DNA from: a virus
Lineage: Duplodnaviria; Caudoviricetes
Direction: 5' to 3' (one strand)
DNA length: 64,000 nt
Virus record (IMG/VR): IMGVR_UViG_3300033073_000753
Location: 3,828 to 67,827 of that record
A program made the translations under genes and the position numbers. Under the pieces are notes generated by a model. That model did not search any database. It saw only the letters and a program-made list of their open reading frames with translations, and had not been told where the DNA came from. Every line of letters starts with the position of its first letter. The stretch's first letter is position 1. Positions 11,201-20,585 of this stretch are shown one piece after another.

Positions 11201-14200
11201 TGCCTGCTGGCGCTGGCACAGAAGCTTCTTTGCCAAGTTAGATTATTTTTATAATTTAATTGACTTGACTGCTCAACCTGTTAAGGACACAGTAAATAGA
11301 ATACTAGAAGAGTTATTAGTTGGCGTTAACTATAGTTCGTCGAATGCTGTTAGTGGTATGGCATTTACTACAGCGGCAATGAATACAGCGAGCTATGTTT
11401 CAGACGGAATGCAATTAAGTTATGCAATTAACACCGGCGCCAATTCTTTATATACTGGAGTTTACGGCCCAGATCATGTGTATGTTTATATAGAAAATGA
11501 GCTTGTAAGCAAGAATAATTATACCATTGATACCGCAACATCTTCTGTAGTATTCAATGACACTCCACAGACTGGTGCAACAATTGAAATATATCACGCA
11601 AACGAAGTATCAATTTATTCTGGCATTCCAGCAAGTCCAGCAAAGCTTGGACTAAGTGGATTGTTTGAGCCAAAAATTGTTACTGAGACATGGTCTAACA
11701 ACTCTAAGACTTTTATACAAAGACATGATGGTTCTCGCATTACTATCTTAGGTGATGATGAGAATGATATTAGAAACAAAATTATCTTAGAATTAGAAAA
11801 CAGAATTTATAACGGCTGTTTAAATTCAGTTGGCGTTGCCAACCGCCAGCGTCAGGTAAACAACTTTAAGAATAAACCAGTAAGCGAATCCCAGGCGCGA
11901 GCAATGATTGCCTGGTTCTCAGAACATAACATTGAGTATCGTGACAACACTGATTACAACGGTAGCGATCCATGGACATGGAACTATGCTGGTAAAAGTT
12001 GGAGAGCAATTTATCTTGACAACTTTGGAACCTATCAATTACATGAAGCACCGTGGGAAGCTCTGGGGTATGATACAGCACCAGCCTGGTGGGACACATA
12101 TTATTCTTGGACTGACACAAATAAGCGTTCGGCCCTTGAGTATGCATTGAAGCACGGTATTATAAGTGAGCCTGGACAGCCAACGACAATCGAATTAAGT
12201 GTACGCAGACAGTTTGATACATTCCCTGTAGATGCAAGTGGAAACTTACAAGACCCCGAGACCTGGGGCGTGCCAGCGCCAACAGCAGAAGAAGCACAAC
12301 AGCCATGGGAAATCGGATCATGGAGCCCAGCCGAAACAGTATGGGCTCGTAGTCCTGCAGGAGCATGGAGCGGAATGCTTTATGCAGTTGATGATTATAA
12401 AGTGTTTAATGAATACTTTGATTCAGCAATCAATCCTTTTGTGAAGAATTTAAATGTTAACAGTACTGCACAGAAAGGTTATGGATCCATTGCTCCTAGT
12501 GAGTTTTATCAAACTCGTCCTAGCATTGGTATTGGTTCTGCAATATTTGAAGCCTACAGAGAGTTTAATTTAATAGGCGAAGAACCTTTAAACGAGTTAG
12601 TTGGATTATCACCTAGACTGCAATTTGCAATCGGTGGCTACACAGATGGTGACATTACATTGAAGATGTACTACACAAAATATCAAAGTGGTAGTTATGT
12701 CCCAATGGAAGACTTCTTTGTTAACCTAACCAACGGGGTCAAAGAGGATCTATTGCGCTATAGTGCTGTAAGAATTGAAAAAGCAGATACTGGATTTAGA
12801 GTGTATGGTTTTGATCCAGGAAAGAGATTCTTTACAATATTCACACCAACTGCTCGTAGCCAAACTACAAGTTTCCCTACAAGTCGCAAATTAGTTAATA
12901 CACCACAAGGAACATTCACAGAGTATCAAGAGTGGAATACTACTCCTGCAACTATTCCATATGGTACCTACTTTGAAAACAAACAGGCATTGTATACATT
13001 CTTCCAGGGCTTAGAAGAGTATCAATTATCATGCGGATTAATGCTTGATAGCATTAATGACAGAGGTACCATTGACAATTGGCGCCAAGCCGCAGTAGAT
13101 GCATTCCAATGGATTTCAGAAAATTGGGGCACAGAACATCATTGCGTAGTTGGTGTTGCAACAACTGACGGTTTAAAAATTTCGCATACTCGAGGAATCC
13201 TGGATCGCTTAGACGCTGACTTGGGCCGCACAGGAAAAATACTGTTTGACAATGGCAGATCGGCCTTATCTGGCGAACTATTAATAACACGCGACTACGA
13301 AGAAAATGTTGATAAGGTTATGCCACTAAACGCTAACCAAATTGTGTTTGCAGAATTTGCAACACGAAACTATGATCATATTGTATATGTTAATCCTAAG
13401 ACAAAGTTTGGCGATTTAATTGCTGATTTCCAAACAGGCAATAGAATTGAAACATTGTCAATCAGTTCTCGCCGTACTCCGTTATGGAACGGACGACCTC
13501 ATGCTAGAGGTGTGTTGGTAGAAAAGTCAGGATTGTTGCCAGGCTTTGACGCACTTATTTCTGATGTTAAAGACAGCCATAAGGTAGAACTAACTGGATT
13601 TGATTCTTATAAAAATAAGATTGGTAAGTCAAATGTTGTCCCAGCAAAGGCAACAGTAATAAACGAACTAATACAAGACCAAGATACAGCACATGCATAT
13701 CGACAAGGTCTGCAAAGCGCCGCTGGTACTAACCTGGCCATTAATGCCTTATTTAGAAATGAAGAAATTGACATCCCGGGTCGTACACAGGATGTGAATG
13801 TAAACGAAGAATGGCTGTTTGACACTGGGCTATTTGGTAACCTCAAAGATGATAAACTTTGGGAATTTGAAATTCGTAGAGATGAAATCACAGCACCAAA
13901 ACAACTTATTCGTTTAAGCGAAGACATAGTTGATGTATTAGGCGACAATATCATTGACATCAATATCAAAGATCCTCGTTGGGTAACACAACCAAGTCAG
14001 CCATATGTTTTTGAAAAAATTAATAGAGCAAATCAAACAAAGTTAACCGATACTAAAAATTGGTTACCAAGTGCAGGCGTTGCAGAATTGTTCGAAACAG
14101 ATCTAAAACTCCGTGATATTAATTCATTAAACATTGAAGATTTAAGAACAATTACTAAAAACAGCACAGATATATTCAGTGTTGGTAACATTTTTGAAAC

Positions 14201-17200
14201 TAACGGTTTCAGCCGTTACCAAGATTACCAGCCCGGTGATTTATCTTGGCAAGAAGGAAAGCTATACAAGGCGACAGCTAGAATTACAGGATCATCTACA
14301 AGCGCATTTGATAGTACACAATGGGAAGAAGTATCGTTGACTGGCGCACATTTACCAAATGTTTGGGTAAGTGATTATGGATTCGATATCAACATGCGAT
14401 TTAAAGGTGCATGGGTAAGCGGTACGACATACGAATTAGCCGATATCATTGAAAAAGACGGACAATATTATACCTGTGTTACAGGCAACAATTTAGAATT
14501 TACAACAGATGCTACAATTGATGATATTGTTATCAATGATGGCGGAACTGGTTACGCAGTAGGCGACACAATTTCTTTAATTGAAGGAACCAATACATCT
14601 GCACATGGTCAGGTAACTGCTGTTGATCAAGGTGGTACCATCACCGCAGTTAGTTTAACAGCATCTGGAACTGGCTATAAATCAAAACCATCAATTTCAA
14701 TCCAATCAACTAACGGACAGGGCGCAATTTTAAATGTAGTGGTAATCAAGTATTGGGAAGTTAAGACATCTGGTTATGGATGGAACATCCTACAGGTATT
14801 CAATCCAATGTATGTTGAAGAAACTTGTCCTAATGCACTAAACACAGGCCTAAACGAAAGCAAGGTTTCCTTTGCTAACGCACACGGGTTAAAAGAAAAT
14901 GACATATTTGTATTGTGCGGCGGAAATGACGGAAGTGTTGACCGCGTACATAGAGTTAAGGCAGTAGTTGATGATTATAATGTTTTAATTGCCGCTCGAA
15001 CCACAAGCAATACTATTGTGTATAACATGGTAGCATTTAAATTACTTCCTGTTAAATTTGACACACTTGCTGGATTCAATGATAGTAAAATTCATTACAA
15101 TTGGAAAGTTGGAATGAAGGCATACATTGACAAAGAAGGCGAAGGCGAAAATTACAACTATAACTTTGAGATTATTGAAATCATTGAGGACATCAACAAT
15201 CCATACAATGTACAGTATCTGCCAGTTCCAAGCGCAACTACAATGATTAATAATGCTGGTATTATTAAGGCAGAGTTAGTTGATTACGATACTGAAGAAG
15301 TAATTGCACAACTTGAAGTTTACGACCCTTATAAAGGTTTAACAATTGATAGAGTTGCAAAATATATTGATTACAAATTACCAGTGGACCCGGCGGCCTA
15401 TAATGTTAATGAGCTGGGAAATGCTGATGAATATGTATCAGAACCTTGGGGAAAATCTAAACTTAACAAGTTATGGTGGGATCTAAACAAAGTTCGTTAC
15501 ATTGAATATGAACAAGGTACATTAGAATATCGCTATGAGAACTGGGGCAAACAGTTTACTGATAGCGAAGTAGCAATCTACGAATGGACCAGCAGTACAG
15601 AGTTGCCAACGACCGAAACACCTGGTATTCGCTTAGATTATAGCAGTGGTACAGGGCAAGTAAGATATTCTGTAATACAAGAAATCAATGACTTTGGCGC
15701 AGTAGTGCCTACATATTACTATTGGGTCCGAGGATCTACAAATATGCCTAATGAGTCAACTCGCACAGAATCAGCTGCCGCAATAGAAAACATATTGAAC
15801 AATCCAGACGATAATGGCGTTGCTTGGATTGCAATGATTCAAAATGATTTGCTAACAGGAAGCATTGTAGTATCAAATATCAATGACTTTATGTACGGGC
15901 GTGATAGAGCAATTCTGCGTATTGCACAGAACTCAAAACCAGAACAAAAACACAGCACTGGCGTTCTACTAGCCGAAGGTATGACAGGAAGTATTGTCCC
16001 TGAAAACTTATATCTGCGCCTAAGAGACTCGTTAGTTGGTAGCGATCAGCGAAGAACAATTGAGCCTATTAGAACATTCCATGCAGGACAAAACTATGCG
16101 CCAGGAGAATTAATTTCTTATTACGATTTGCCAACAGTTGATTATACCGCAACTTCAAGTTACGGCACATTTGATATACCGTATCTTCCAACAGTTGTGA
16201 GTAATAGAGAAGATGTAACTCGTGTATGGCAGAATAACCCAGCGGATCCAAAATTTGGTGTATTCACCGTTTTAAGACAAATTACCAATGCTACCAGCTG
16301 GGATGACATACATTTAAAAATTAAGAGATTGCCAGTGGCAGTCACTGGCGGCATATTAGAAGATACAAGATACTATGGCGTAGTAGAAAGTCCACGCCGT
16401 GTGCCAGACATTAGCCTACATCCAAAGCGCCGTTATGGTAACGGTATTGTTCCAAAGCCTCAGTCATGGTTCTCAAATTTAACAGAAGCTCGAAGAAACT
16501 TTATCACAGCGGTTAACGACTACTTGTTAAGTGTTGATGTTATTAGTAAGGCCAATTGGGACAAGTATCTAAGAATGTACACATCATTGTTGGGTTCTGC
16601 CCAGATTCCAATTGATCCAGAAACAAATAAAGGAACAGGCAAATTCTATCTATGGGACTATGCTGATTATAATACTGGAGATGTATTGCCAATCAACTCT
16701 CCTGTAAAATTAAACAGCATCAACGATTTGGATTCGTACCCAACAGCAACAAACTTTTCAATTGTTGATAACAAGGGTGTAATTCAGCAAGTATACGATA
16801 GAGATTTAGCAACAGGTGAGTTAACTCTAACTTATAGAAAGAATGGTACAATTCAATTTGCTCCAATCTGGGACGCTGAAGGCTGGGATACCAAAGCATG
16901 GGATTCAAATCGTTGGGACTTTAGCTATGATGATTTGTTCAAGATTGTTTTAAAAGCCTTACGAGAAAATATTTTTGTTGGAGACCAAGTTGGTTATTTC
17001 AACTTAACCTTCTTTGATATGGTTAAAGCAAGTTTAGTACAAAATCCGACAGCAGACTGGGTTACAAAAACGACCTACCTGGGAATTGAACAAACCACAT
17101 CAAACGACTTAAATCCTGTAGCAGTATACTATGATAAGAAAGATGCGTTGATTAAACAGTATATCAATGAAGTTAAACCATATCATAGTAAAGTCATTGA

Positions 17201-17447
17201 CGACGGCACACTAAGCAAATCAACGCAAACCATTGGGGTTGATCTAGGTGAAACATTAGAGTTGACAATTACAGATATTCCAATTTTAGTAAGTGAACCA
17301 CTTTCTCCTGTATTAATCGACAGACGCCGTAACGGAACCCCAGAGACTGAAATGAGATCTCCGTGGATTACTACCGAATCAGGCGATGTTATTACACTTG
17401 ACGGATTAACAACCATTGTTGATCAAATTATTAGCGAGGAAGGATAA
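8244..17447 (+). CDS. Giant (3067 aa) baseplate/tail structural protein, gp7-like position
   Basis: Single uninterrupted ORF after gp6; C-terminal YINEVKPYHSKV; CBM5/12-like W/Y motifs; DGGTGY/SGTGY repeats; WD-x3-WD runs. Confidence 0.6.
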   Translation: MAQDPTKVNPQNVPDKTYPGQGTGDYQLPRTVDLLPNIFRTDTNKKLLNAVMEDMFQPHALEDLNYAVGRKTTKTSFKEYLPHATARRQLETGIVYYKEAGVDTLSADEVAQGWGFNDRTNESPVPVSVLDLPIDPDKFVNWLDYHWLEEGMPVIILNANDDEGIDVINDIIGQKYYTSPLQSNGRRLEFKNGMRVMFQNFGNTQTINGDLDTELLTNGKAQIGIGVELNAYDSSKIGVGLNGTLQVLGVDYYIFGNSIFWIDAIPEAGQQLHLHFPDYYITTEADALIANRKWQIDGVGSKEGIRLLGRTYQYTNTVYSKATQTFWDQTAVPWDSIEWDGAVRGINAKHYILMQTGAPNRNAHSRVNVWYHKDAIQTLANYLGIGFNEIADPSTKALRPIVEFENNLELYAHGVRSRFWPNFAVKDAGIIPNDFINLPLKTSGIQLDAGYTSLIKKLKAKPDLLVTITRNDKVQYAVSKSAYSTADLADALANPGRKIIYEIVDNKIVWLVNPPAVDATVEISYKVKGVLLSKLRILWLQPSANINKIINIVSNSTHTISYIVELANNGDAVVVDVPDETDPFYLKEYYWTGGKAVAAQLRKSKTQQPLFELYGADQVKLSANPNHPQVINSKIISIVEGTNFDNESGYNLSFLPSQFNELTSDNTIRNAMYDIEYEHVQQTPAIYNNGTYTLTARGPYSFRRWKGLNVADELSHGYLRAWFRLRSWAIQTATVNNSSISLDTSVWPTYNWVATQQSGKLTILHPDNYAVVVNNTPVFGRGEVAKIEVAIPGINTITFSGHGLTSFDVDVVGGVAEFLMGTDVPGTLTMTIGSQSVVGRVVNAKFDPRAPQIKLNGLPTEYTYNITRDTVGYPTTIEVVISGAGEVEIKHQGIGSSTDHITAIPGLDYNTKQDNNLGKFTPSRLVGSMYANILSNKENSEQSWIDATHSVAFNGALMADHSSIRSAWASFKLAPTIQDIAVARANACWRWHRSFFAKLDYFYNLIDLTAQPVKDTVNRILEELLVGVNYSSSNAVSGMAFTTAAMNTASYVSDGMQLSYAINTGANSLYTGVYGPDHVYVYIENELVSKNNYTIDTATSSVVFNDTPQTGATIEIYHANEVSIYSGIPASPAKLGLSGLFEPKIVTETWSNNSKTFIQRHDGSRITILGDDENDIRNKIILELENRIYNGCLNSVGVANRQRQVNNFKNKPVSESQARAMIAWFSEHNIEYRDNTDYNGSDPWTWNYAGKSWRAIYLDNFGTYQLHEAPWEALGYDTAPAWWDTYYSWTDTNKRSALEYALKHGIISEPGQPTTIELSVRRQFDTFPVDASGNLQDPETWGVPAPTAEEAQQPWEIGSWSPAETVWARSPAGAWSGMLYAVDDYKVFNEYFDSAINPFVKNLNVNSTAQKGYGSIAPSEFYQTRPSIGIGSAIFEAYREFNLIGEEPLNELVGLSPRLQFAIGGYTDGDITLKMYYTKYQSGSYVPMEDFFVNLTNGVKEDLLRYSAVRIEKADTGFRVYGFDPGKRFFTIFTPTARSQTTSFPTSRKLVNTPQGTFTEYQEWNTTPATIPYGTYFENKQALYTFFQGLEEYQLSCGLMLDSINDRGTIDNWRQAAVDAFQWISENWGTEHHCVVGVATTDGLKISHTRGILDRLDADLGRTGKILFDNGRSALSGELLITRDYEENVDKVMPLNANQIVFAEFATRNYDHIVYVNPKTKFGDLIADFQTGNRIETLSISSRRTPLWNGRPHARGVLVEKSGLLPGFDALISDVKDSHKVELTGFDSYKNKIGKSNVVPAKATVINELIQDQDTAHAYRQGLQSAAGTNLAINALFRNEEIDIPGRTQDVNVNEEWLFDTGLFGNLKDDKLWEFEIRRDEITAPKQLIRLSEDIVDVLGDNIIDINIKDPRWVTQPSQPYVFEKINRANQTKLTDTKNWLPSAGVAELFETDLKLRDINSLNIEDLRTITKNSTDIFSVGNIFETNGFSRYQDYQPGDLSWQEGKLYKATARITGSSTSAFDSTQWEEVSLTGAHLPNVWVSDYGFDINMRFKGAWVSGTTYELADIIEKDGQYYTCVTGNNLEFTTDATIDDIVINDGGTGYAVGDTISLIEGTNTSAHGQVTAVDQGGTITAVSLTASGTGYKSKPSISIQSTNGQGAILNVVVIKYWEVKTSGYGWNILQVFNPMYVEETCPNALNTGLNESKVSFANAHGLKENDIFVLCGGNDGSVDRVHRVKAVVDDYNVLIAARTTSNTIVYNMVAFKLLPVKFDTLAGFNDSKIHYNWKVGMKAYIDKEGEGENYNYNFEIIEIIEDINNPYNVQYLPVPSATTMINNAGIIKAELVDYDTEEVIAQLEVYDPYKGLTIDRVAKYIDYKLPVDPAAYNVNELGNADEYVSEPWGKSKLNKLWWDLNKVRYIEYEQGTLEYRYENWGKQFTDSEVAIYEWTSSTELPTTETPGIRLDYSSGTGQVRYSVIQEINDFGAVVPTYYYWVRGSTNMPNESTRTESAAAIENILNNPDDNGVAWIAMIQNDLLTGSIVVSNINDFMYGRDRAILRIAQNSKPEQKHSTGVLLAEGMTGSIVPENLYLRLRDSLVGSDQRRTIEPIRTFHAGQNYAPGELISYYDLPTVDYTATSSYGTFDIPYLPTVVSNREDVTRVWQNNPADPKFGVFTVLRQITNATSWDDIHLKIKRLPVAVTGGILEDTRYYGVVESPRRVPDISLHPKRRYGNGIVPKPQSWFSNLTEARRNFITAVNDYLLSVDVISKANWDKYLRMYTSLLGSAQIPIDPETNKGTGKFYLWDYADYNTGDVLPINSPVKLNSINDLDSYPTATNFSIVDNKGVIQQVYDRDLATGELTLTYRKNGTIQFAPIWDAEGWDTKAWDSNRWDFSYDDLFKIVLKALRENIFVGDQVGYFNLTFFDMVKASLVQNPTADWVTKTTYLGIEQTTSNDLNPVAVYYDKKDALIKQYINEVKPYHSKVIDDGTLSKSTQTIGVDLGETLELTITDIPILVSEPLSPVLIDRRRNGTPETEMRSPWITTESGDVITLDGLTTIVDQIISEEG

Positions 17448-17468
17448 AGCGGGTTTTTTAAAAGTCGC

Positions 17469-17474
17469 TAAATA
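17469..17474 (+). promoter_or_regulatory. T4-type late promoter core (TAAATA), 6 nt before ATG
   Basis: gcTAAATAtggattATG. Confidence 0.5.
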
Positions 17475-17480
17475 TGGATT

Positions 17481-18104
17481 ATGAAAATAAACGAATTGCC
17501 AATCAGCATTGAAACTTTTATTACAATCAAAGATTGTAATACTGGTGAAGTTTTATGCGAAGGCTCAAATGCTATCCACCAAGAAAATATGAGCTATGCA
17601 CTAGCAAGTGCATTGGCTCGATCATCATCTTCGTATATCAGTGAAATACATTTTGGATCAGGGGCCGCATTAATTGCTACAGATGGTACTATTACATACA
17701 GAAAACCTAATGTAACTGGTATTGATTCTGATCTTTATACCCCTACATACTTTAAAGTAGTAGATGAGCAAGATAAAAATGTATCTGCAGGATCAACAGA
17801 TAGCGTAAAAGTTGAGCATGTATCTGGTACAAACTACAGCGATACAATCGTTACAGTTACACTAGCAACATATGAGCCACTTGCAAGCGATAGTACATAC
17901 AACTTGTTTGATCAGACTTTAGCCACACTAGATGGTACAATTTATGATGGCGAATTTGAATTTAATGAGATTGGCTTAAAAAGCCGCGGTGAAACTGGTT
18001 TAAACACCGGTAAATTGCTCACGCACTTTATCTTTCACCCGGTGCAAAAAAACGCCAGTCAAACAATCCAGATTGTTTATACTCTGAGAGTACGGGCTGG
18101 ATAA
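17481..18104 (+). CDS. Baseplate/tail structural protein
   Basis: 207 aa; FNEIGL...LLTHFIFHPVQKN...IVYTLRV C-terminus typical of fibre-attachment/baseplate proteins; tail-module context. Confidence 0.45.
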   Translation: MKINELPISIETFITIKDCNTGEVLCEGSNAIHQENMSYALASALARSSSSYISEIHFGSGAALIATDGTITYRKPNVTGIDSDLYTPTYFKVVDEQDKNVSAGSTDSVKVEHVSGTNYSDTIVTVTLATYEPLASDSTYNLFDQTLATLDGTIYDGEFEFNEIGLKSRGETGLNTGKLLTHFIFHPVQKNASQTIQIVYTLRVRAG

Positions 18105-18155
18105 ACGGATAAAACTAAATAGTTCAAGGGTTATTAGCCCAAAAGGATAAAAGAA

Positions 18156-19148
18156 ATGGCATACAATATTACAACTAGCAACGGTGTACGATTAGTAACC
18201 CTGCTTGATGGCGAAGTTGATACCTCAAGTACAGACCTGATTCTGTTAGGTAAAAACTACCTAGGTTACGGCGAAATCATTGCTGATAATTTTGTACATT
18301 TACTAGAGAATTTTAGTCAAGCTGGTGACGGCCCACAAAGTCCACTACCTGGACAATTATGGTGGGACTTGGGCAAGACTGACACACATGGAAATGTTCT
18401 CCGTGGCGGTGGCGTACTTCGTGTAAATGTAGACGGTGGTACAGATATTACCAGCTGGAAAAATGTTGGTTTATTAGCAGGTGACGGCACCGGCTTAGAA
18501 GAAGCAATTATTAAAGATACAAGTGGTAATGACCACACAGCAATTAAGATCCTTATTAATGGTACATTGGTAGCAATTTTAAGTGTTGACGATGATTACA
18601 CACCAGCCGCAGAAGAAAACTTAACGGCATTTGTTGGTGGTACACCTGGCACACCAGATTCCAGTGAAGGTGATTATAATAACACAGGTACAATTGGTCG
18701 TGGTTTAAACTTAAACTCGAGCCAAGACTTTAAGATTCGTGGTGTAGCAGTTGAAGCTGAATTTGCCGATGTGGCCGAAGTTTATGTTGGCGATGCTAGC
18801 TATGAACCAGGTACTGTTGTAGCATTAGGTGGTTCAGCAGAAGTGACACAAACTACTTCATACGCTGACACTAATGTGTTTGGTATTGTTTCAACTCGTC
18901 CAGCTTACTTAATGAACGCCAAGCGTAAAAAAGATAAAAATGCATTACCAATTGCTGTAGCTGGTCGTATTCCAGTTAAAGTAACAGGAGAAGTTAAACG
19001 CGGTGATAGATTAATTGCCAGCGACATTCCGGGCGTAGCACAGGCCGCCACAGAAGATGCACCAGCATGGAGTATCATTGGTCGCAGTCTAAGCAACTTT
19101 GCTGGTCCAGGACTTGGCACAGTTGAGGCTACAGTAGGAGCCAGATAA
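18156..19148 (+). CDS. Tail fibre-type protein with C-terminal intramolecular-chaperone-like domain
   Basis: N-terminal DGEVDTSSTDLILLGKNYLGYGE..ADNFVHLLENF...P..PLPGQLWWD fibre-anchor motif; C-terminal FADVAEVY...YEPGTVV..GG..EVT...AGRIPVKVTG.VKRGD.L. Confidence 0.6.
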   Translation: MAYNITTSNGVRLVTLLDGEVDTSSTDLILLGKNYLGYGEIIADNFVHLLENFSQAGDGPQSPLPGQLWWDLGKTDTHGNVLRGGGVLRVNVDGGTDITSWKNVGLLAGDGTGLEEAIIKDTSGNDHTAIKILINGTLVAILSVDDDYTPAAEENLTAFVGGTPGTPDSSEGDYNNTGTIGRGLNLNSSQDFKIRGVAVEAEFADVAEVYVGDASYEPGTVVALGGSAEVTQTTSYADTNVFGIVSTRPAYLMNAKRKKDKNALPIAVAGRIPVKVTGEVKRGDRLIASDIPGVAQAATEDAPAWSIIGRSLSNFAGPGLGTVEATVGAR

Positions 19149-20179
19149 TGTCAGTCAGCCGCGGTAATAAAGTAACGGCCGACTACTATAATGCTTTAAC
19201 AGATAGCGTTAATGAATTATACGGCGACACACATGCTGGACAAGGTCCAAGCAGTGACGCGGCAGTACAAGATGAAATTCGATGGGGCTGGGGCGGAAAC
19301 AATGTTGATGCAGTAGCCCGCGGAGATAAAGTTACTTCTGATATGACTAATGAACTAGTTAATCGTATCAATATTAGTACGCTACGCACTAACAGTACCG
19401 ATCAGGAATTGGTTATTGTTAACCGTGGCGATAAAATTACAGCAGAATTTTTTAACACAGCAACAAGTTTATTAGAAGGAGCTCGTGCTGTTCGTAATAC
19501 AGTTGATCCAGCACTGACAACTATCAGCACACTTGCAACATATGATAGTTCAACAATTCCAAATTGGAATCATAAACTTGAAAATATTTTTCAGCTAGAC
19601 TTTGGTGGCGCAGAAAAGTATGAAAGCGCAAGACACTTTTTTAATGCAGGTGGTGATATTCGTTTAAGCCTAAGTATTGCTGGCGGAACTGGTGCAGGAT
19701 ATTATTCTTGGCGCAGTATTTTCTTAGATATGGGCACTTTGAAACTTGATGTTGAAAAGTGCATAAGTCAAAACAATCGCGGTGTTACACAAAACATTGG
19801 CTTTAGTGAACTGTTAACTACTGAGCAATTACTATACACCAGCCCTGCAGGCGGTGGTGGTGGATACGGAGGCTATGGTGGCTATGGTGGTTATGGTGGA
19901 TACGGAGGCTATGGTGGTTATGGTGGATACGGTGGTTACGGTGGTTACGGTGGTTACGGTGGCTATTCGTCAAGCCGTTTAAAAATATACGGACAGATTG
20001 TAAACGAAAAGCTACAATTAAGAGTTTTATTGGACCATTCCGGTCTAGGAACCGTAGTCCGTGGCACAACTACAATGGTTGTTTCAATGAGTCATCCAAG
20101 TACAGTAACAGAAAACAATGTTACCTTAACATTGCCAACACCAACAATCGCATCAACCCAGCCTTGGCAAGCAGTCTAA
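19148..20179 (+). CDS. Tail fibre-associated structural protein with (GGY)12 insert
   Basis: Three xRG(N/D)K(V/I)T(A/S)xxxN repeats at the N-terminus; RHFFNAGGDIR; Gly-Tyr tract; translationally coupled (TAATG) to the upstream fibre gene. Confidence 0.5.
   Translation: MSVSRGNKVTADYYNALTDSVNELYGDTHAGQGPSSDAAVQDEIRWGWGGNNVDAVARGDKVTSDMTNELVNRINISTLRTNSTDQELVIVNRGDKITAEFFNTATSLLEGARAVRNTVDPALTTISTLATYDSSTIPNWNHKLENIFQLDFGGAEKYESARHFFNAGGDIRLSLSIAGGTGAGYYSWRSIFLDMGTLKLDVEKCISQNNRGVTQNIGFSELLTTEQLLYTSPAGGGGGYGGYGGYGGYGGYGGYGGYGGYGGYGGYGGYGGYSSSRLKIYGQIVNEKLQLRVLLDHSGLGTVVRGTTTMVVSMSHPSTVTENNVTLTLPTPTIASTQPWQAV
19859..19966 (+). repeat. 12 x 9-bp coding tandem repeat encoding (Gly-Gly-Tyr)12
   Basis: GG(T/A)-GG(T/A/C)-TA(T/C) x12, 108 bp, with synonymous variation between units. 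Confidence 0.95.
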
Positions 20180-20195
20180 TTGGTTAGAGTCTAAA

Positions 20196-20223
20196 ATATG
20201 CGCTGGTAAATAACAGCGCATAT
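20196..20223 (+). promoter_or_regulatory. Perfect 10-bp inverted repeat with a TAAATA late-promoter core in its 8-nt loop
   Basis: ATATGCGCTG-gTAAATAa-CAGCGCATAT in the intergenic space before the modification cluster. Confidence 0.6.
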
Positions 20224-20238
20224 AATAAATTGGATTCT

Positions 20239-20583
20239 ATGGATAACCGCCTTAATGATGCGTTAGCATTTGCAAACTATCGCCTAACACTACAAGTACA
20301 AAGACAAAACATCGAAGCCCGTGTATCAGCGGCCCAACTTTTGTCATACCAAGGCGCTATTTTTAAAGCTACTCCTGAGTTAATTTCATTAGCTGACTAT
20401 AAAGATATCAACGGCGGAACTTTATTAGTTGAGGATCAGAGTGGCAATGTTATTAAGATTGAAAATCCAAATGAGTTTCTGGGCCGGCTAATTGAAAAAT
20501 ACGATTCAGCAATGACCTTAAAGCTAGAAGAACAACAAAAACTCAAATCAGCACGAAGCACAGCCAAACTTGTAGGACTCTAA
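20239..20583 (+). CDS. Small helical protein, tail-fibre-assembly/DUF4376-like
   Basis: LSYQGAIFKATPELISL...LLVEDQSGNVIKIENPNEF pattern. ATG at 20239 preferred over TTG at 20230. Confidence 0.4.
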   Translation: MDNRLNDALAFANYRLTLQVQRQNIEARVSAAQLLSYQGAIFKATPELISLADYKDINGGTLLVEDQSGNVIKIENPNEFLGRLIEKYDSAMTLKLEEQQKLKSARSTAKLVGL

Positions 20584-20585
20584 AC

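Noticed and set aside
19148-19450. Two RGD tripeptides in the fibre-associated protein
   Set aside because: Part of the xRG(N/D)K(V/I)T structural repeat; no reason to invoke integrin binding.
19818-20069. His/Asn-rich minus-strand ORF (HRNHRNHR...)
   Set aside because: It is the antisense reading of the (GGY)12 repeat; no SD or promoter.
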